A stretch of DNA of 64,000 nucleotides from Haliotis rubra (lineage: Eukaryota): contig NW_025767357.1 in the NCBI RefSeq assembly GCF_003918875.1, positions 1,798,001-1,862,000 of the forward strand. The letters are read 5' to 3'. Position numbers and translations under genes: made by a program. Below, in pieces: positions 46,701-59,017 of this stretch. Under the pieces are notes generated by a model. That model had not been told where the DNA came from. It did not search any database and saw only the letters and a list, made by a program, of their open reading frames with translations. The first letter of the stretch is position 1; each line of letters starts with the position of its first letter.

Positions 46701-48385
46701 AATGGCCACAACCCACTCTGGGGTGGCACTAATACAAACACCAAAGGTAAATTACTGGAGGATTTTATTTCAAACAACGACTTATGCATTTATACTAACG
46801 GTTCAAATACGTATCTTCATCCTGGCACAGGAACATATTCTGCTCTTGATTTGTCAATTACTGACTCAAACCTATTAAGTGAATTTGAATGGTCAGTCGA
46901 TGACGACCTCTGTGGAAGTGGCCATTTCACAACAATACTAAAACCCGTGAATCCAACTGATGTTCCTCCATCATCAAGATGGAATTTTAAAAAGGCCAAC
47001 TGGCCTTTATATGAAACTCTTTGCGCTGACAAACTAAAACCTGAAGTTTTTAATGACATTCCTCATGCCATAAAATGTTTTTCAGATGAACTAAATAACA
47101 TAGCTGACGAGTGTATCCCAGAGTCCTCTGCAATTCCTCACGTACGAAAACCATGGATTACCAATGATTGCAAACAAGCTAGGAAGGCACGGAAGAAAGG
47201 CGAGCACTATTTCCGTCGCCATCCTATGGTCCACAATTTGGACAAATTTACAATTTTAAACGTCAAAGCACGACGTACTTTCAACCAAGTGAACGCCAAT
47301 CTTGGCGAAACTATATATCAAAAATTAATTCGCGCACACCTATATCAAAGGTGTCGAATATGATCCAAAAAATCAAGGGTAAGGGGTATTAAATCTAGTA
47401 TTCACCATCTAAAAGATGGGAACCAATTATTGACCAATAAATCAAATATTGCAAATAAACTTGATGAGACATTGGCTAAACATTCTTCCTCATCTAATTA
47501 TGTACCTGAATTCCAAAAATATAAAAAACAGCAAGAAAAGAAAGCTATCAATTTCAATTCAGATAATGGGAAAGATTACAACGAAACTTTTTCGATACAT
47601 GAGCTTCATACTGCTCATGTTTAGAGACGCTCTTACATATTTTTGATGTCATTTGGACATCTGGAAAATGTCCTTCGTCGTGGCGTGATGCTATTATTGT
47701 TCCCATACCTAAACCTGGACGTGATCATACTGATCCCTCTAATTATAGACCAATTTCACTGACTAGCTGCGTTTGAAAAACCATGGAACGCATGATCAAC
47801 AATCGACTTGTTTGGTACTTGGAAACCAATAACCTAATAACAGATATACAATGTGGTTTCCGTAAAAACAGAAGTACTATTGATCATTTAGTGCGTTTAG
47901 AATCTTTTGTTAAGAATGCCATAATTAATAAACAACATACAGTGTCGATCTTTTTCGATTTAGAAAAAGCATACGGCACGACATGGAAGCATGGGATTTT
48001 AAAAGATTTACATGACTTTGGATTACGAGGCCGTTTGCCTCAATTTATATCCAACTTTTTAAATAACAGGCAATTTCAAGTCCGCGTGGGTTCTACCCTG
48101 CCTGATCATTACAATCAGGATCAGGGTGTTCCACAAGGCAGTATTTTGTCTGTGACTTTGTTTAGCATCAAGATCAACAGTTTATCAAAGGTTTTAACCG
48201 ATTCAATCGATGGATCACTTTTTGTGGATGATTTTAATATTTTTTGTCTTGGTAAAAATATGCATACTATTGAACGACAACTGCGGTTGTGTTTAAACAA
48301 AATCAATAAATGGTGTCTTGAAAACGGCTTTAAATTTTCTAAATCCAAAACTAATTGGATACACTTCTGCCGTAAATACAAACCG
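43745..48385 (+). mobile_element. Nimb/I-group LINE retrotransposon, 3'-truncated and disrupted
   Basis: GC-rich 5' UTR. ORF1 about 44999-46299 (WPRFLV..KLNPFTVAKGI..LRSGSLLIEC; zinc knuckles CYACQKYGHGSKSC and CVNCSGNHPSSSKDC). ORF2 from 46299 with APE endonuclease (IIQWNCRGL, GDVNGH) and RT (NYRPISL, FFDLEKAY, GVPQGSILS, FVDD). Frameshifts and stops; ends within RT. Confidence 0.92.
44045..44870 (+). mobile_element. L2/CR1-group LINE 3' fragment nested in the Nimb-like 5' UTR
   Basis: VKNLGVYLDSGL..RLDYCNSL..LQKIQNSAARL..LHWLP..RSLRS, 3' tail ending CATTATTAT; GC-rich UTR sequence on both sides. Confidence 0.88.
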
Positions 48386-48389
48386 CAGT

Positions 48390-49051
48390 TTCACATGTTG
48401 TGTGCAGCTGCACGGCCACCATAGGCCACCATCAATGACGTCACGTCGTCTGGCACGTGCATGAGCGTCTCCAATATGCATATCGACTGGCAATCGGACT
48501 TTAATCTAATTTATGTTAAAAAACCCACTGACAGTAAGTTGTAATAGGGAATGATGGAGTATAAACGAATATCGTGGGTAATTCTTCTTCTTCAGCCTAG
48601 CTTTGGGATTTTCATAACACATGTGTGCATGTCTCTTTCATATGTGTCCGACTCGGAATGATCTGAGCATTTCACCGGCCTAAATCTGTCTCTTTACTTG
48701 GAAAACGGAAGCAATGGTGGCTCTTTCCATTGTTCGATGATTCCGTGAATCCCCGCGCAACGGAATACACCATCGTACCATTTACAAAAACGACAGTAAC
48801 AACACGATTTGTATTACTGTAGCGCTTGTTCTTTGGCAATATGGCGGACGCTTGTCACATGTGACGCCCCGACTGGAAAGGTCACGTGAATTCCAGTGGA
48901 ATATGCATAATGGCCGAAGCTCAGATAACAGAAACTGTTTTCGCGATAAAAAACATAATAAACCATATTTTTGAAACACAAATTGGGGTACATGTTTCTG
49001 ATGACTTTATCTTTGACCCAGAAAATTATTGCAATTGTCTAGTATTCTCCT
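48390..49051 (-). mobile_element. Kolobok-like DNA transposon 5' end with decayed THAP domain
   Basis: TTAA|AGGAGAATACTAG terminus at 49051-49055; MVYSVARG..GKSHHCFRFP..CSDH..YERD..RLKKK..LPTIF (about 48560-48775). Confidence 0.65.
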
Positions 49052-50352
49052 TTAATGGCTAGTAATGAATGACCTGGGTATTTTTAAGACAACATAACGT
49101 CACTATGGAAGTCTATGAGAAAACGTTTGGTCTTGGGATGGTTAAATGTACCTCAGGTGAGGTTAACATAACGTTGTGTTAATTCGTTCAAGTGACAAAT
49201 CAACCAATCGGACGAAAGGATATTCTGATAAAAATAAATATATTCATTTCATATATAGTTTTCTCCCAGCTGTCTTTCTCATTTGTCCAAATCAGGTTTA
49301 TACATGTGGTTTGTCTTTTAACTATTGTTTATCTTTTCTTGGGCGTTGACGAGTTATGTTTTGCTGACTTGGCCGGGCGAGTTAAATACCTGTATCAGCC
49401 ATGCAGATATTGACCTTTAATAAAATAACTGAATCGAATCGAATGTATCTTTATTTAATAGTTGCTTGGACATTGAGCTCTCATCTTGTCCCATCAGGAG
49501 TAAGTGCACCACAGACATTACGTTGATATCTTGAAAGGTAAAATGTTGAAACTTTCATCAATAACCTATTGTTCTCTAAATATCAATATGTTTTTCCCAT
49601 CAAGTATTCTTTTTCAAAACATTGACTTGATGTTTTGCATGTTAAATATAACAACTACATGCATTTCAGTACAAATAAAAACTCTTTCGTCCTCAAGAAA
49701 GCAACAATTTTATCAACTGTTCGAAAAATGTTATTTTAGTGGTATTTCCAGCACTTACCGTAGCTTCAACAACTTACACGCATTTTTATATTCACGTCAT
49801 GGCTTGTTATCAATACCAGTTGCTTGTCAACTTAAAGTTTATGCCAATCCTGTTATGCTTCCCAAGGGAAACTTGGCCATTCAGCCGTAAGTTTGACGTG
49901 TGTTGTAAGTTAATGACCTAAACCAGCACGCTTTATAGAAACAATTTAACCACTGTTGTATTTGTTAAAGTTCATCAACACGTGAACAAATTCTGTGACG
50001 CGAGAAGCACTCGTGTGCTCATGTGAGGCAGTGTGGTTGGTTCAGACAGTACATATACAACTGCTGCCTTCTTTGCACTGCATCAGTGTTCAGCCTGTTT
50101 GATAGAAGCGAGGAAACCCTTTCCACGTTCATAAGAAATCTTTGCTAAAATCAGGGTCGATTGTACAATTGTCACTATATCATGAGTATTTATTTGGTTT
50201 AGCAGTATTACAGCTGTACGATGTTGTTTGTAAACAAATCGAGTCTTGGCCAGACAATCATGTGATTGTCACCCTGCGATACAATGACAGAGCATGTGTT
50301 TATGAATCGCTATGAAATAGTGATGGTACCAGGTGTTCGCGAAAAGGTGAGC

Positions 50353-50490
50353 GTATCCTGCCCCACCGGTGGCACCCGTTATAAACATATTATAAGTCTA
50401 GTCAGTTGTTTACCTGAAAGAGGGGTATCCTACCCCACCGGTGGCACCCGTTATAAACATATGCTAAGTCTAGTCAGTTGTTTACCTGAA
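50353..50490. repeat. Two-copy 72-bp direct repeat
   Basis: GTATCCT(G/A)CCCCACCGGTGGCACCCGTTATAAACAT...GTTTACCTGAA at 50353 and 50425. Confidence 0.85.
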
Positions 50491-50610
50491 GTAATTCGGG
50501 AACGTATGGCATAAGTCAAAATAGGGAATTGCATCGGACATAATTTTTGTCACTGATGCATCAAATTTGGAACTTTCTTCCACATGTCTACCGTAAAACT
50601 TCGTGGTCCT

Positions 50611-50853
50611 TGGTTGGTTGGTTAGTTTTTTAATGTCGCACGCAGCAATATTCCAGCTTTATGGCGGCGGTCTCTAAATAATCGAGTCTGGACCAGACAA
50701 TCTAGTGATCAACAGCATGAGCATCGATCTAGGCAATTGAGATACGATGACATGTGTCAACCAAGTCAGCAAGCATGACCACCCCATCCCGTCCGTCGCC
50801 TGTACTACCGGTATGGATTGCTGAAGATCAATTCTAACCCGAATCTTCACGGG
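50611..50853 (-). mobile_element. SINE family B
   Basis: CCCGTGAAGATTCGGGTTAGAATTGATCTTCAG... to (CAAC)n tail. Confidence 0.88.
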
Positions 50854-51937
50854 AATGGGCAAATAATCGGGCTTATGGGTAAATACTTTGGTAAATCATA
50901 TTTGTATGACAGTGTGAAATAGAGCTACGTGTTTTAACATATTGAGTCTATTTAAAAAAAAGTAATGAAATGGTTTGTTTTCCAAATGCTTTGAATTCCA
51001 ACTTTTAGTCCAAAGGAATAAGAAGAATGGACTATCATGGCAGCACTTGAGGTTTCTCATCCTAACTGTTGTTATAGATTTGTTTTTAATGGCATTTCTG
51101 TCTTTGGAAGAAAGGGGTTCTATTTTGTGCATCTACGTGTGAACAGTTGAACAATTTCAACGATAATAAGGATAAATATTTTCCAATCTCCCTTTGATCT
51201 AAACTCAGTGGAATGATCAAGGTGCTGAACCAACAGAAATATATAACACGTTTGTGCAGAGTAAATATATTCCTGTCCCTTATTTGTCCACAGCAATCAG
51301 CAGGACACAGATGTAATTGGCATCTAATGAATGCATTTCCGATTCCATGACACGTACTCATATCAATTGTTAGCTTCTATGCTTTGAAATTCTGGACATA
51401 AGCTCGGTTTATACTCGATCAATTATTTCTGTATGACACCAATCTCTTCTAGATTATTAGCTGACTCCACTGTCCTTGGTTGTCATTAGCTCTGTTACAC
51501 TGAAACTAAAACTTACTTTTAATTGCCTTATGCGTACACAATCTTAAGCAGCTCTGATGTTAATATTGATAAGCCATTGGTGAAATGTGTACATTGGTAC
51601 CAATACATTGGTGTATAGGAATAAATGAGCTACAGTTTGGTGTGGTTGCTGGTATAGAAGACATTATCACATAGACAACCACAGTGCTACTAATTCGACT
51701 CGATACTATCAATATGCAAACACCTGATGACAAGGTATTGGAATACGTGTGTAGTGAAACAGCGAATTGATTAACAATTGATTTTATCTCGGCCGTTAGT
51801 TATAATGATGCGTTTACGTTGGTTCCACATTGTGGTTGCTTCCATGGTTACTCCTGGTGTGTAGCACCGAGGAAACTATTTTATATACATATTTATTTTG
51901 ACAGACATTTACTGTGATCGTAAACCCTTGGTTCGTT

Positions 51938-53146
51938 ATGCCGGACAAGACTATTGTCTTAACTCTGTGCCTATGCATGTGTGTTGCATATGGACTTCAG
52001 CTTGGTTCTGATCAGGGTCCTCTTTACAGATTGTATAACGACCTACTGGAGCACTACAAGCCGTATATCCGACCCAGGAAGAATCCTAATGAGACAGTAG
52101 AGGTTGTGGTTTCCTACAGCATGACATCAGTGGAAGCCTTGGAGGAAACTACCCAAACAGTTGATTCATCTGGATTCTTAACACTTCAGTGGACAGATGA
52201 GCTGATGACCTGGAACTCAAATGAGTACGGTGGTGTAAATTATATAAACATACACGTGGAGAAACTGTGGATCCCGGACTTGAGTTTGACAAATGGATTC
52301 GGCGGCCTCTCTTTGATATTACCCATCGGGGAAAAGGCAAGGGTTTGGAGCAATGGAAGTGTAACGTGGTTTAGAGATATGAAGAAACATACAAAATGTT
52401 CTTTAGACATGCGACATTTTCCTTTTGACACCCAGACATGCAGTATCAATCTCATTCAGTGGGTCACTGACATAAGACAAGTCAATATGACTGCAGGTCT
52501 GGTTGGAATTGAATCGTCAATGTTTAAAAGAAATGGAGAATGGGAAATAACTGGAAAATCCAAGGACACCTTTATTCACACATATAGTGAGTATATGGTT
52601 CAGACGGAGATTGTGTTCACGTTCGTCTTCAAGCGGAAGTATTTGTACTACATCATCACCAACATCCTTCCCGTCATGCTTCTCTCCGTCCTTAACCTTG
52701 GTGTGTTTCTACTTCCGCCTGAATCAGGGGAGAAGGTATCGCTGTGTATTTCCATAGTGCTATCCTACGCCGTGTTCTTGACTGTCATTGGAGGAAGTCT
52801 ACCGGAAGTGTCAGATACCGTCAGCATCTTCAGTATCTACCTCCTGACCATGATGTTCCTCAAAGTCGCAACAACGTTGCTGACGGTTTTCGTGCTTAAT
52901 GTGTACCACGGATGCACTGAACAAAGAGTATCGTGTGCTAACACGTGTATTATAGAGCAACAGGAGGTACACGGTTTAAACACCTTTCGTGAACAGGATT
53001 CACTCAAGAAAATATTTCAAGTAAAATTACAAAAGAAGGGAAACAGACAACTTGCAAAACTTCTGAACAAAATATGTTTTGGATTTATATTTACTCTTAC
53101 TGTCCTTGTGACATGTTCATGTTTCATCCTGCTCGTTCGTCAGTAG
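51938..53146 (+). CDS. Atypical nAChR-like subunit, group B copy 3 (402 aa from ATG MPDKT)
   Basis: Same motifs. Extracellular domain and M1-M2 nearly identical to 33155-34327. First ATG at 51938 follows a splice-acceptor-like site at 51904. Confidence 0.95.
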   Translation: MPDKTIVLTLCLCMCVAYGLQLGSDQGPLYRLYNDLLEHYKPYIRPRKNPNETVEVVVSYSMTSVEALEETTQTVDSSGFLTLQWTDELMTWNSNEYGGVNYINIHVEKLWIPDLSLTNGFGGLSLILPIGEKARVWSNGSVTWFRDMKKHTKCSLDMRHFPFDTQTCSINLIQWVTDIRQVNMTAGLVGIESSMFKRNGEWEITGKSKDTFIHTYSEYMVQTEIVFTFVFKRKYLYYIITNILPVMLLSVLNLGVFLLPPESGEKVSLCISIVLSYAVFLTVIGGSLPEVSDTVSIFSIYLLTMMFLKVATTLLTVFVLNVYHGCTEQRVSCANTCIIEQQEVHGLNTFREQDSLKKIFQVKLQKKGNRQLAKLLNKICFGFIFTLTVLVTCSCFILLVRQ

Positions 53147-54264
53147 TACGGAGCAAAAATGGATAGTAGCGCCATTATGAACAACACCTTACATATTTTG
53201 CCAGTGCTTATAGCAGAGTTATTCATTTACAACAGCTGTGATTGTTTTGTAAACGTTTTCTGCTGACATAGTTCATTAGATGATAGACGTGTTAGTATAT
53301 TTCGACAGAGCGTCAACACTGCCATTAGAGTTTCTAGAGCATTCGGAATATTGACCGGTTCGCCTATCCCAGCGAGTTGGAGAATGATCCAGTTCAGAAA
53401 CTCCAGGAAGCTCTTGCCATTTTCCCCTGGATACTCAGCCTGGGCTAATTTTTGAAACTGTTGTAGTGACGTGAATATTGGCTCTGTTTTGTTTGCTACA
53501 ATCCTGCTTTATATCCCATTGCAAATGTATTTGTACTGTCTTTGTATAGTCTTTGTAATTTCTTTACAATGACTTGTCATTTTAGTTTACTTAATTTAAG
53601 AATACAACTGTTAACTGTACAAGTGTCTCTGTTGTTTGTTGGCTTAACACTGAATTGGACAGATTTCGGGTAAACTATCTGTGTGTGGGTTTTCAATCAG
53701 TCCACCATTATTCTTACACTGACCAATATTTCAATGCCCGCAGTTTTTTTCTCATGTAAGGGGATTGCATTTGATATGGACGCGGGGTAATAAGGCTCGC
53801 TTATTTGAGTTAATTATTTTTTTCAGAAGGCCATATATGTCCATCTGACATCCATGGCGTCGAGGTTACAGGCTGTTTTATGCAGTAGTAGACACTGTTT
53901 GTGACATTACAATTGTATTTGTATAAATATGTTTTTGTAGAGTTGCAGAAGTAAACTTGTCAAGAGTTCCATATTTTGAGAAGAATGTTGTTGATGTGGC
54001 TTGTTGACTTCATATAAATTTAGTGACGTCACTCAGTAATGTTACCGTTCAATGGCGGTCTCATCTATGAAATGACTTTACCTTCATCAAGGTGTTTTTT
54101 GTCTTGTCGCATAAATGAAATGATAACACATATAATATATAAATAGAACCACATTCTGAGTTGGTAACGGATACCGCAAAGATCAATGTGTCTAAATATT
54201 CTAATATTTGTTTCCGTTAAAGCTTGTAGTTATGAACAACGTTTTTCTTATTTATTCTTTATTC

Positions 54265-54310
54265 TATACGACGTTTCAGAGCTAATTCGTGCTCCTTCAT
54301 CAGGTGACTG
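54265..54310 (-). ncRNA. Candidate minimal type I hammerhead ribozyme
   Basis: CUGAUGA core, stem II GGAGC/GCUCU, GAAA, then CGUC cleavage triplet context; stem I only weakly paired. Confidence 0.4.
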
Positions 54311-54500
54311 TTGAGTCAGTGCACAGAGTGAATATATATAGATAAAACATGTTTACACAACGCATTGTACAAATTAATGTGCAAAGATAGCAGTATATTG
54401 CAATGGCAAAGCCAATAGTGGGGGTGGAGGATGTTAAGGTACAAAGATAACAACATAATGCGAAGCCAATTAGATAGGATTAATGTCCAAAGATAACAAT

Positions 54501-54627
54501 GTGAGGTGAGGTGAAATTGGGTTTAACGTCGTGCTTGAGAATGTTTCGCTCATATGACGACGTGCATGCGTGTGTATGTGTATGTGCGGCTGCTTGTACT
54601 AGCCCAGACTTAAGCTGGTTTTATAGC
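54501..54627 (-). mobile_element. SINE family C, 5'-truncated
   Basis: 3' third of family C with (TCACC)n tail; flanked by CAATGT(G/A)AGG. Confidence 0.88.
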
Positions 54628-55784
54628 GCAATGTAAGGATGAAGCCAATGATATATAACGGTATTACAGTGTTAGACGAAGGCGATTATTATAACACAAC
54701 AACGTATCCGTGTCATGTATTCATGTTCGTCCAACTTCTTAATGCCTTACAAGAACTTCAGGTTTTAGTTACATTTGAACACGATCATACCATGTCCTAT
54801 CGAATTTCTGAACCGCCCATTCTGGGACTTACTTCCAATGTTCTTCCAAACCAGTTTTCCCTTTAAAAGCAGCCATGATTTCATCATTCGATATATTTTC
54901 TTCAGCAGGAATGTTTTTCAAGAGATGGACTGCCCAGAACTGGCCCTGCTTTATCTCATCGTTTTGCATATGTTCAAGGCAGGCACGTAGCCAAATCCTG
55001 AAATCTGTTATCTGTATTGACCCCAAACGTGGTCTCTCAGTAGGTCTGTTTACATGACCAATTCGCAAATATATGCCTGCTATCTACTCACAGTATGGCT
55101 GTTTGACATGTATTGATGTCCCTTCCATTTGTTTGCAGCGAGTATCTTTTTGTGTGGTAGTGATTTTTTTCAAGCATTTCCTCTGTGATCAGCAGGAATA
55201 AATATAGATGGGAATTTAATTAAGGGATCTTAGGATTTTTATCATGGCGTCTTCGGGTGGAGGGTGGGGGTGTGTGTTCATTAAATGGCGCCATGGAAAG
55301 AATTACTTTTCGCATAGATATGATCATCAAAATTTTCATCCAGGGAACAATGACTGGCATCCAAACTATAGCTTTCAAAGGTTGATGCGCATTTCTTCAA
55401 GGACGTGAACTCGTTCTTCATAAAGGGCAACAGTTAATAGCAAAGCAGAATATTTTTTCAACAATTTATCAATACAATTTCTTTGTTTTTAATCTACCCC
55501 TCAATTAACTTTTCCGTTACTCTATACAAATGATCAAAGTTACTTGGGAGTTATCTCCCCTTATCAGTTCCTCTAATTCAAAGTGTAGGATGCTACACAG
55601 TAACGGCACGTCATACTACATAGAAAAACAATGTAATAACACAAGACAATAAATGTGTAGATGTCAATGAAGGTGAAGAAGGTGTTCTTGCCTGAAAGTA
55701 TGCATACTACTTGGATATCAGAAGAGAAGCGCATCTTCTACACTGAATCCGCCATTTGGGATGATCTTAGGAAGAATTACATAT

Positions 55785-57165
55785 ACTCAGCAGCAAAAAA
55801 CAACGTCAGTACGAATTCAACATGAGATAGGCACTGTTATTAAATCATTACAGAAATGGGCATAATAAGCGGATCAAAAACATTTCTTTTGGGTACAATA
55901 TCTTGACACATCAATGAATAACTTCAATTTCAAGACATTACGTTAACGTTTGCAGTCCATTCAGACTCTTGACTTCAGTATCTAGTGTGACAACCACGAG
56001 CGGCAATAACTACAGCACAGAGTCTATGCATGGAGTGCACCAATCGATTGATGAAGGCCATTGGCACCTGGAACTACACTCTCAGAAAGGCCTGGTGCAA
56101 TAAATCGACTGTGTTCGGCCTTGGTATGCCATTATTCAGTATCCTCTGAATTTCATCCCAAAGATGTTCAATTGGGTTTAAATCAGGAATAAGGGCTGAC
56201 CACTGCATAATGTTGACACCGTTCTGCTGTAGGAAGTCCTGTGTAGCTCTGGCAGTATGGGCCCGGGCGTTATCAAGCTGGAAAATGTTGTTCCGGTGAC
56301 GTGCGAAATGTGGTATGACGTGGGGTCTAAGAGCTTGGTCGATGTAGCGCACCGCTGTGATGCCGCCTCCTCTCCCTGGACCGAGGTTCTGGAACACCAT
56401 AGGACCCACTCTCTGGTTCAGGCCTATTCCACCCCATACCATGATGCTTGCACCTCCCCATGAGTCTCTTTCCATAACACATTGGTCTGAGTAACGCTGG
56501 CCACGTCGTCGCCATATTCTTGTTCTGCCATCTGGAGTTGATACGCAGTACCAACTCTCATCTGTGAACAGAACAGTTCTCCATTGCCTGTATCGCCAGT
56601 TTTGGTGTTGTAGGGCAAACTGTAGACGTTCACGCCGATGACGAGGGCTGAGGATAGGTCCACGGTAAGGTCTACGGCAATGGAGGTTCCCGCTGTTAAG
56701 ACGTCGGCGTACTGTATCAGTACTGATTGGTCATCCGTGTGTTCCACTGTCTGGCGTGCTGTTTCGGATGCCTGCATGAAGGGATTCTGTACATGCTGTC
56801 GCACAACATGGCGGTCTTGTCGTCTTGTGGTCACCCTTGGTCTGCCAGTACGGGGCGATCATTTGTGGTGTTGGTGGCCCAGAAGCGTTGCTGCAGCCTG
56901 TAGATGGTCCGAACGTTGACCTGGAAGTGATTGGCAATGGCTTGTGGAGTGTGGCCGGGCTGAAGTCTTCCTAGCGCCTGGTTCCTCTGAGCTGTCGTGA
57001 GTCGCGGCATCCTGCTGACGTTGTAATGTGACTGTTTCAACCAGGTTTGGGGTGCATTTTATAGGGCTGGTCCTCGTGAACAGCACGTGCAGCATGAGGT
57101 GCATGAAAAACATGGTGAACACCGTACCATCTCCGAGATCAGGTTGCGTTTTTGAGACCATTTCC
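55785..57165 (-). mobile_element. Tc1-like element with near-complete but disrupted DD34E transposase (55975-57010)
   Basis: MPRLTTAQRNQALGRL..GRPRVTT..VLFTDES..MVWGGI..FQLDNARAH..PDLNPIEHLWD..ARGCHTRY*; several frameshifts; one terminus near TATACTCAG at about 55783. Confidence 0.92.
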
Positions 57166-57169
57166 TGAC

Positions 57170-57223
57170 AATGCTGGAATATTGCTAAAAGTGGCGTAAA
57201 ACTAAACTCACTCACTCACTCAC
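57170..57223 (+). mobile_element. SINE family A 3' end
   Basis: GCTGGAATATTGCTAAAAGTGGCGTAAAACTAAACTCACTCACTCAC. Confidence 0.8.
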
Positions 57224-57269
57224 ACTAACCTTACTCTGATAATGTTTGTGAGATATGAAGATGATAACC

Positions 57270-57490
57270 GCACCCCTGAAGATACGGGTTAGACTTCGTC
57301 TTCTGTTGGGATCGGGTGGGGTCAGGTTCGCTGACTTAGTTGATGCCTGTCATCACGTTCTAGCTGAATAGATTGATGTGTATGATGTTAATCACTGGAT
57401 TGTCTGGTCCAGTCCAGATTTGTTTACAGACCGCCTTCAAATAGATGGAAGTTTGCCGAGTTTGGCTTTCAACAAGGAACAAACGAACGA
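57270..57490 (+). mobile_element. Decayed SINE family B
   Basis: CTGAAGATACGGGTTAGA..GGGATCGGGTGG..ATCACTGGATTGTCTGGTCCAG. Confidence 0.75.
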
Positions 57491-57679
57491 ACTATGTTCA
57501 TAACAGCCCCAGCAGGCCTTTGACCATAACTCCATGGTGAGTTGCTGCCTTCTACATGGAGAAGATCCTGGCTTGTATTTGCAGTGTTTATGTATGTGTG
57601 TTGTGGTTCGAATAAACTACATTAGAAATGGTCAGTTGCACAGTGTGCTACATTCCATCAAACTAGTTCTACATTTCAC

Positions 57680-58080
57680 ATGTTTTTATCCATGACCTAT
57701 TATTGTCAACATATTTTCCGTTTACTATTAGTATGCATATATTTATCAATGTACTGTTGTTATCAATATATTTATCCATGGACTGTTATTATCAATATAT
57801 TTATCCATGGACTGTTATTATCAATATATTTATCCATGTACTGTTGTTATCAATATATTTATCCATGTACTGTTGTTATCAATATATTTATCCATGTACT
57901 GTTGTTATCAATATATTTATCCATGCACTGTTGTTATCAATATATTTATCCATGCACTGTTGTTATCAATATATTTATCCATGCACTGTTGTTATCAATA
58001 TATTTATCCATGCACTGTTATTATCAATATATTTATCCATGCACTGTTGTTATCAATATATTTATCCATATACTGTTCTT
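57680..58080. repeat. Minisatellite, 29-bp unit, ~13 copies
   Basis: TATTTATCCATG(C/T/G)ACTGTT(G/A)TTATCAATA repeated. Confidence 0.95.
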
Positions 58081-58108
58081 GATAACCTTATCAACACTAG
58101 AAAACTCT

Positions 58109-58167
58109 CCCGCCGTGATATTGCTGGAATATTGCTAAAAGCGGCGTAAAACCAAACTCACTCACTC
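58109..58167 (+). mobile_element. SINE family A, 5'-truncated with TSD
   Basis: TSD ACTAGAAAACTCT on both sides. Confidence 0.88.
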
Positions 58168-58684
58168 ACTAGAAAACTCTATCTGAACTCCTCCTCTCGA
58201 TTCCGGGGTCACGATATGCCTGAATAATTGCCGATGTGACTTTAAATCACTCTATTTGTTCCCGCAAACAGTGATAAATACACGAACAACTGAGAAACGT
58301 TTTGTGAGTTCAGCACTACACGGTAATGATGAGGAGCGCATCACATGCCCTCAGTGTAAAGCATTCCACAGGGGATTAGATGAAATTGCTTCAACTGAAT
58401 ATTTAGAACTATTGCCTCTGTTATTCTCGGCCGTTAATAAACATTACACTTCAACGCTGGGAAACAGTGAGTCACGATTATCGGAGAGTACAGAATTTAA
58501 ACGAATACAAAATATTAACAAAAATGGTATACAAGGATCTCTGAAAATCAGTCATGACACCAGATGTTCGGGAAAACCTGAGGATGTCCTTCCCTAGCGG
58601 TAGCGTTGTCAATCACACATAAAACACTGACGTTTGAAGGAACACCCTAAATTACTTGTAGGGTTTTACAGTGGGAGCTTGGTC

Positions 58685-58895
58685 AGTGAGTTTAATTTTA
58701 CGCCGCGGTCAACAATATTCTGGCGGCGGTCTGTAAATCAAGTCTGGACCAGACAATCGATGGGCCAGTGATCAACAGCAAGAACATCGATCTAAGCAAT
58801 TGGGATACGATACGACAAGCCACCCGTTTCCGTTAGTCGGCTCTTACGACAAGCATGGATGACTGAAGATCAATTCTAACCCGGATCTTCACGGA
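58685..58895 (-). mobile_element. SINE family B
   Basis: CCGTGAAGATCCGGGTTAGAATTGATCTTCAG.. body. Confidence 0.82.
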
Positions 58896-59017
58896 TCCAG
58901 CTTGGTCAGAGATATTGGGTGGTCTTAAACCCAGGAACAATATAGGTGTTGAGACAACTGCCTGCTAGGAATGGATGCGAGGTATTGCAAAGTCCTCAGG
59001 AGGATACCAGCACAACA

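Larger units (their letters stand above)
54225..54700 (-). mobile_element. Penelope-like terminal repeat candidate carrying a hammerhead-like motif
   Basis: TATA-like run, then CCTGATGAAGGAGCACGAATTAGCTCTGAAACGTCG, then AATAAA twice. Boundaries uncertain. Confidence 0.5.

Noticed and set aside
4942-53146. Naming the receptors as canonical nAChR alpha subunits (CHRNA-type), AChBP or anion-selective receptors
   Set aside because: No loop-C vicinal cysteines, four TM helices present, and GEK rather than PAR before M2. Orthology cannot be assigned without a tree.
57680-58149. Hydrophobic Cys/Tyr-rich ORFs in three frames
   Set aside because: Translation of the 29-bp minisatellite.
58256-58597. 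113-aa ORF with CPQC motif
   Set aside because: Non-ATG start, a single CxxC, no supportable family or splice structure.
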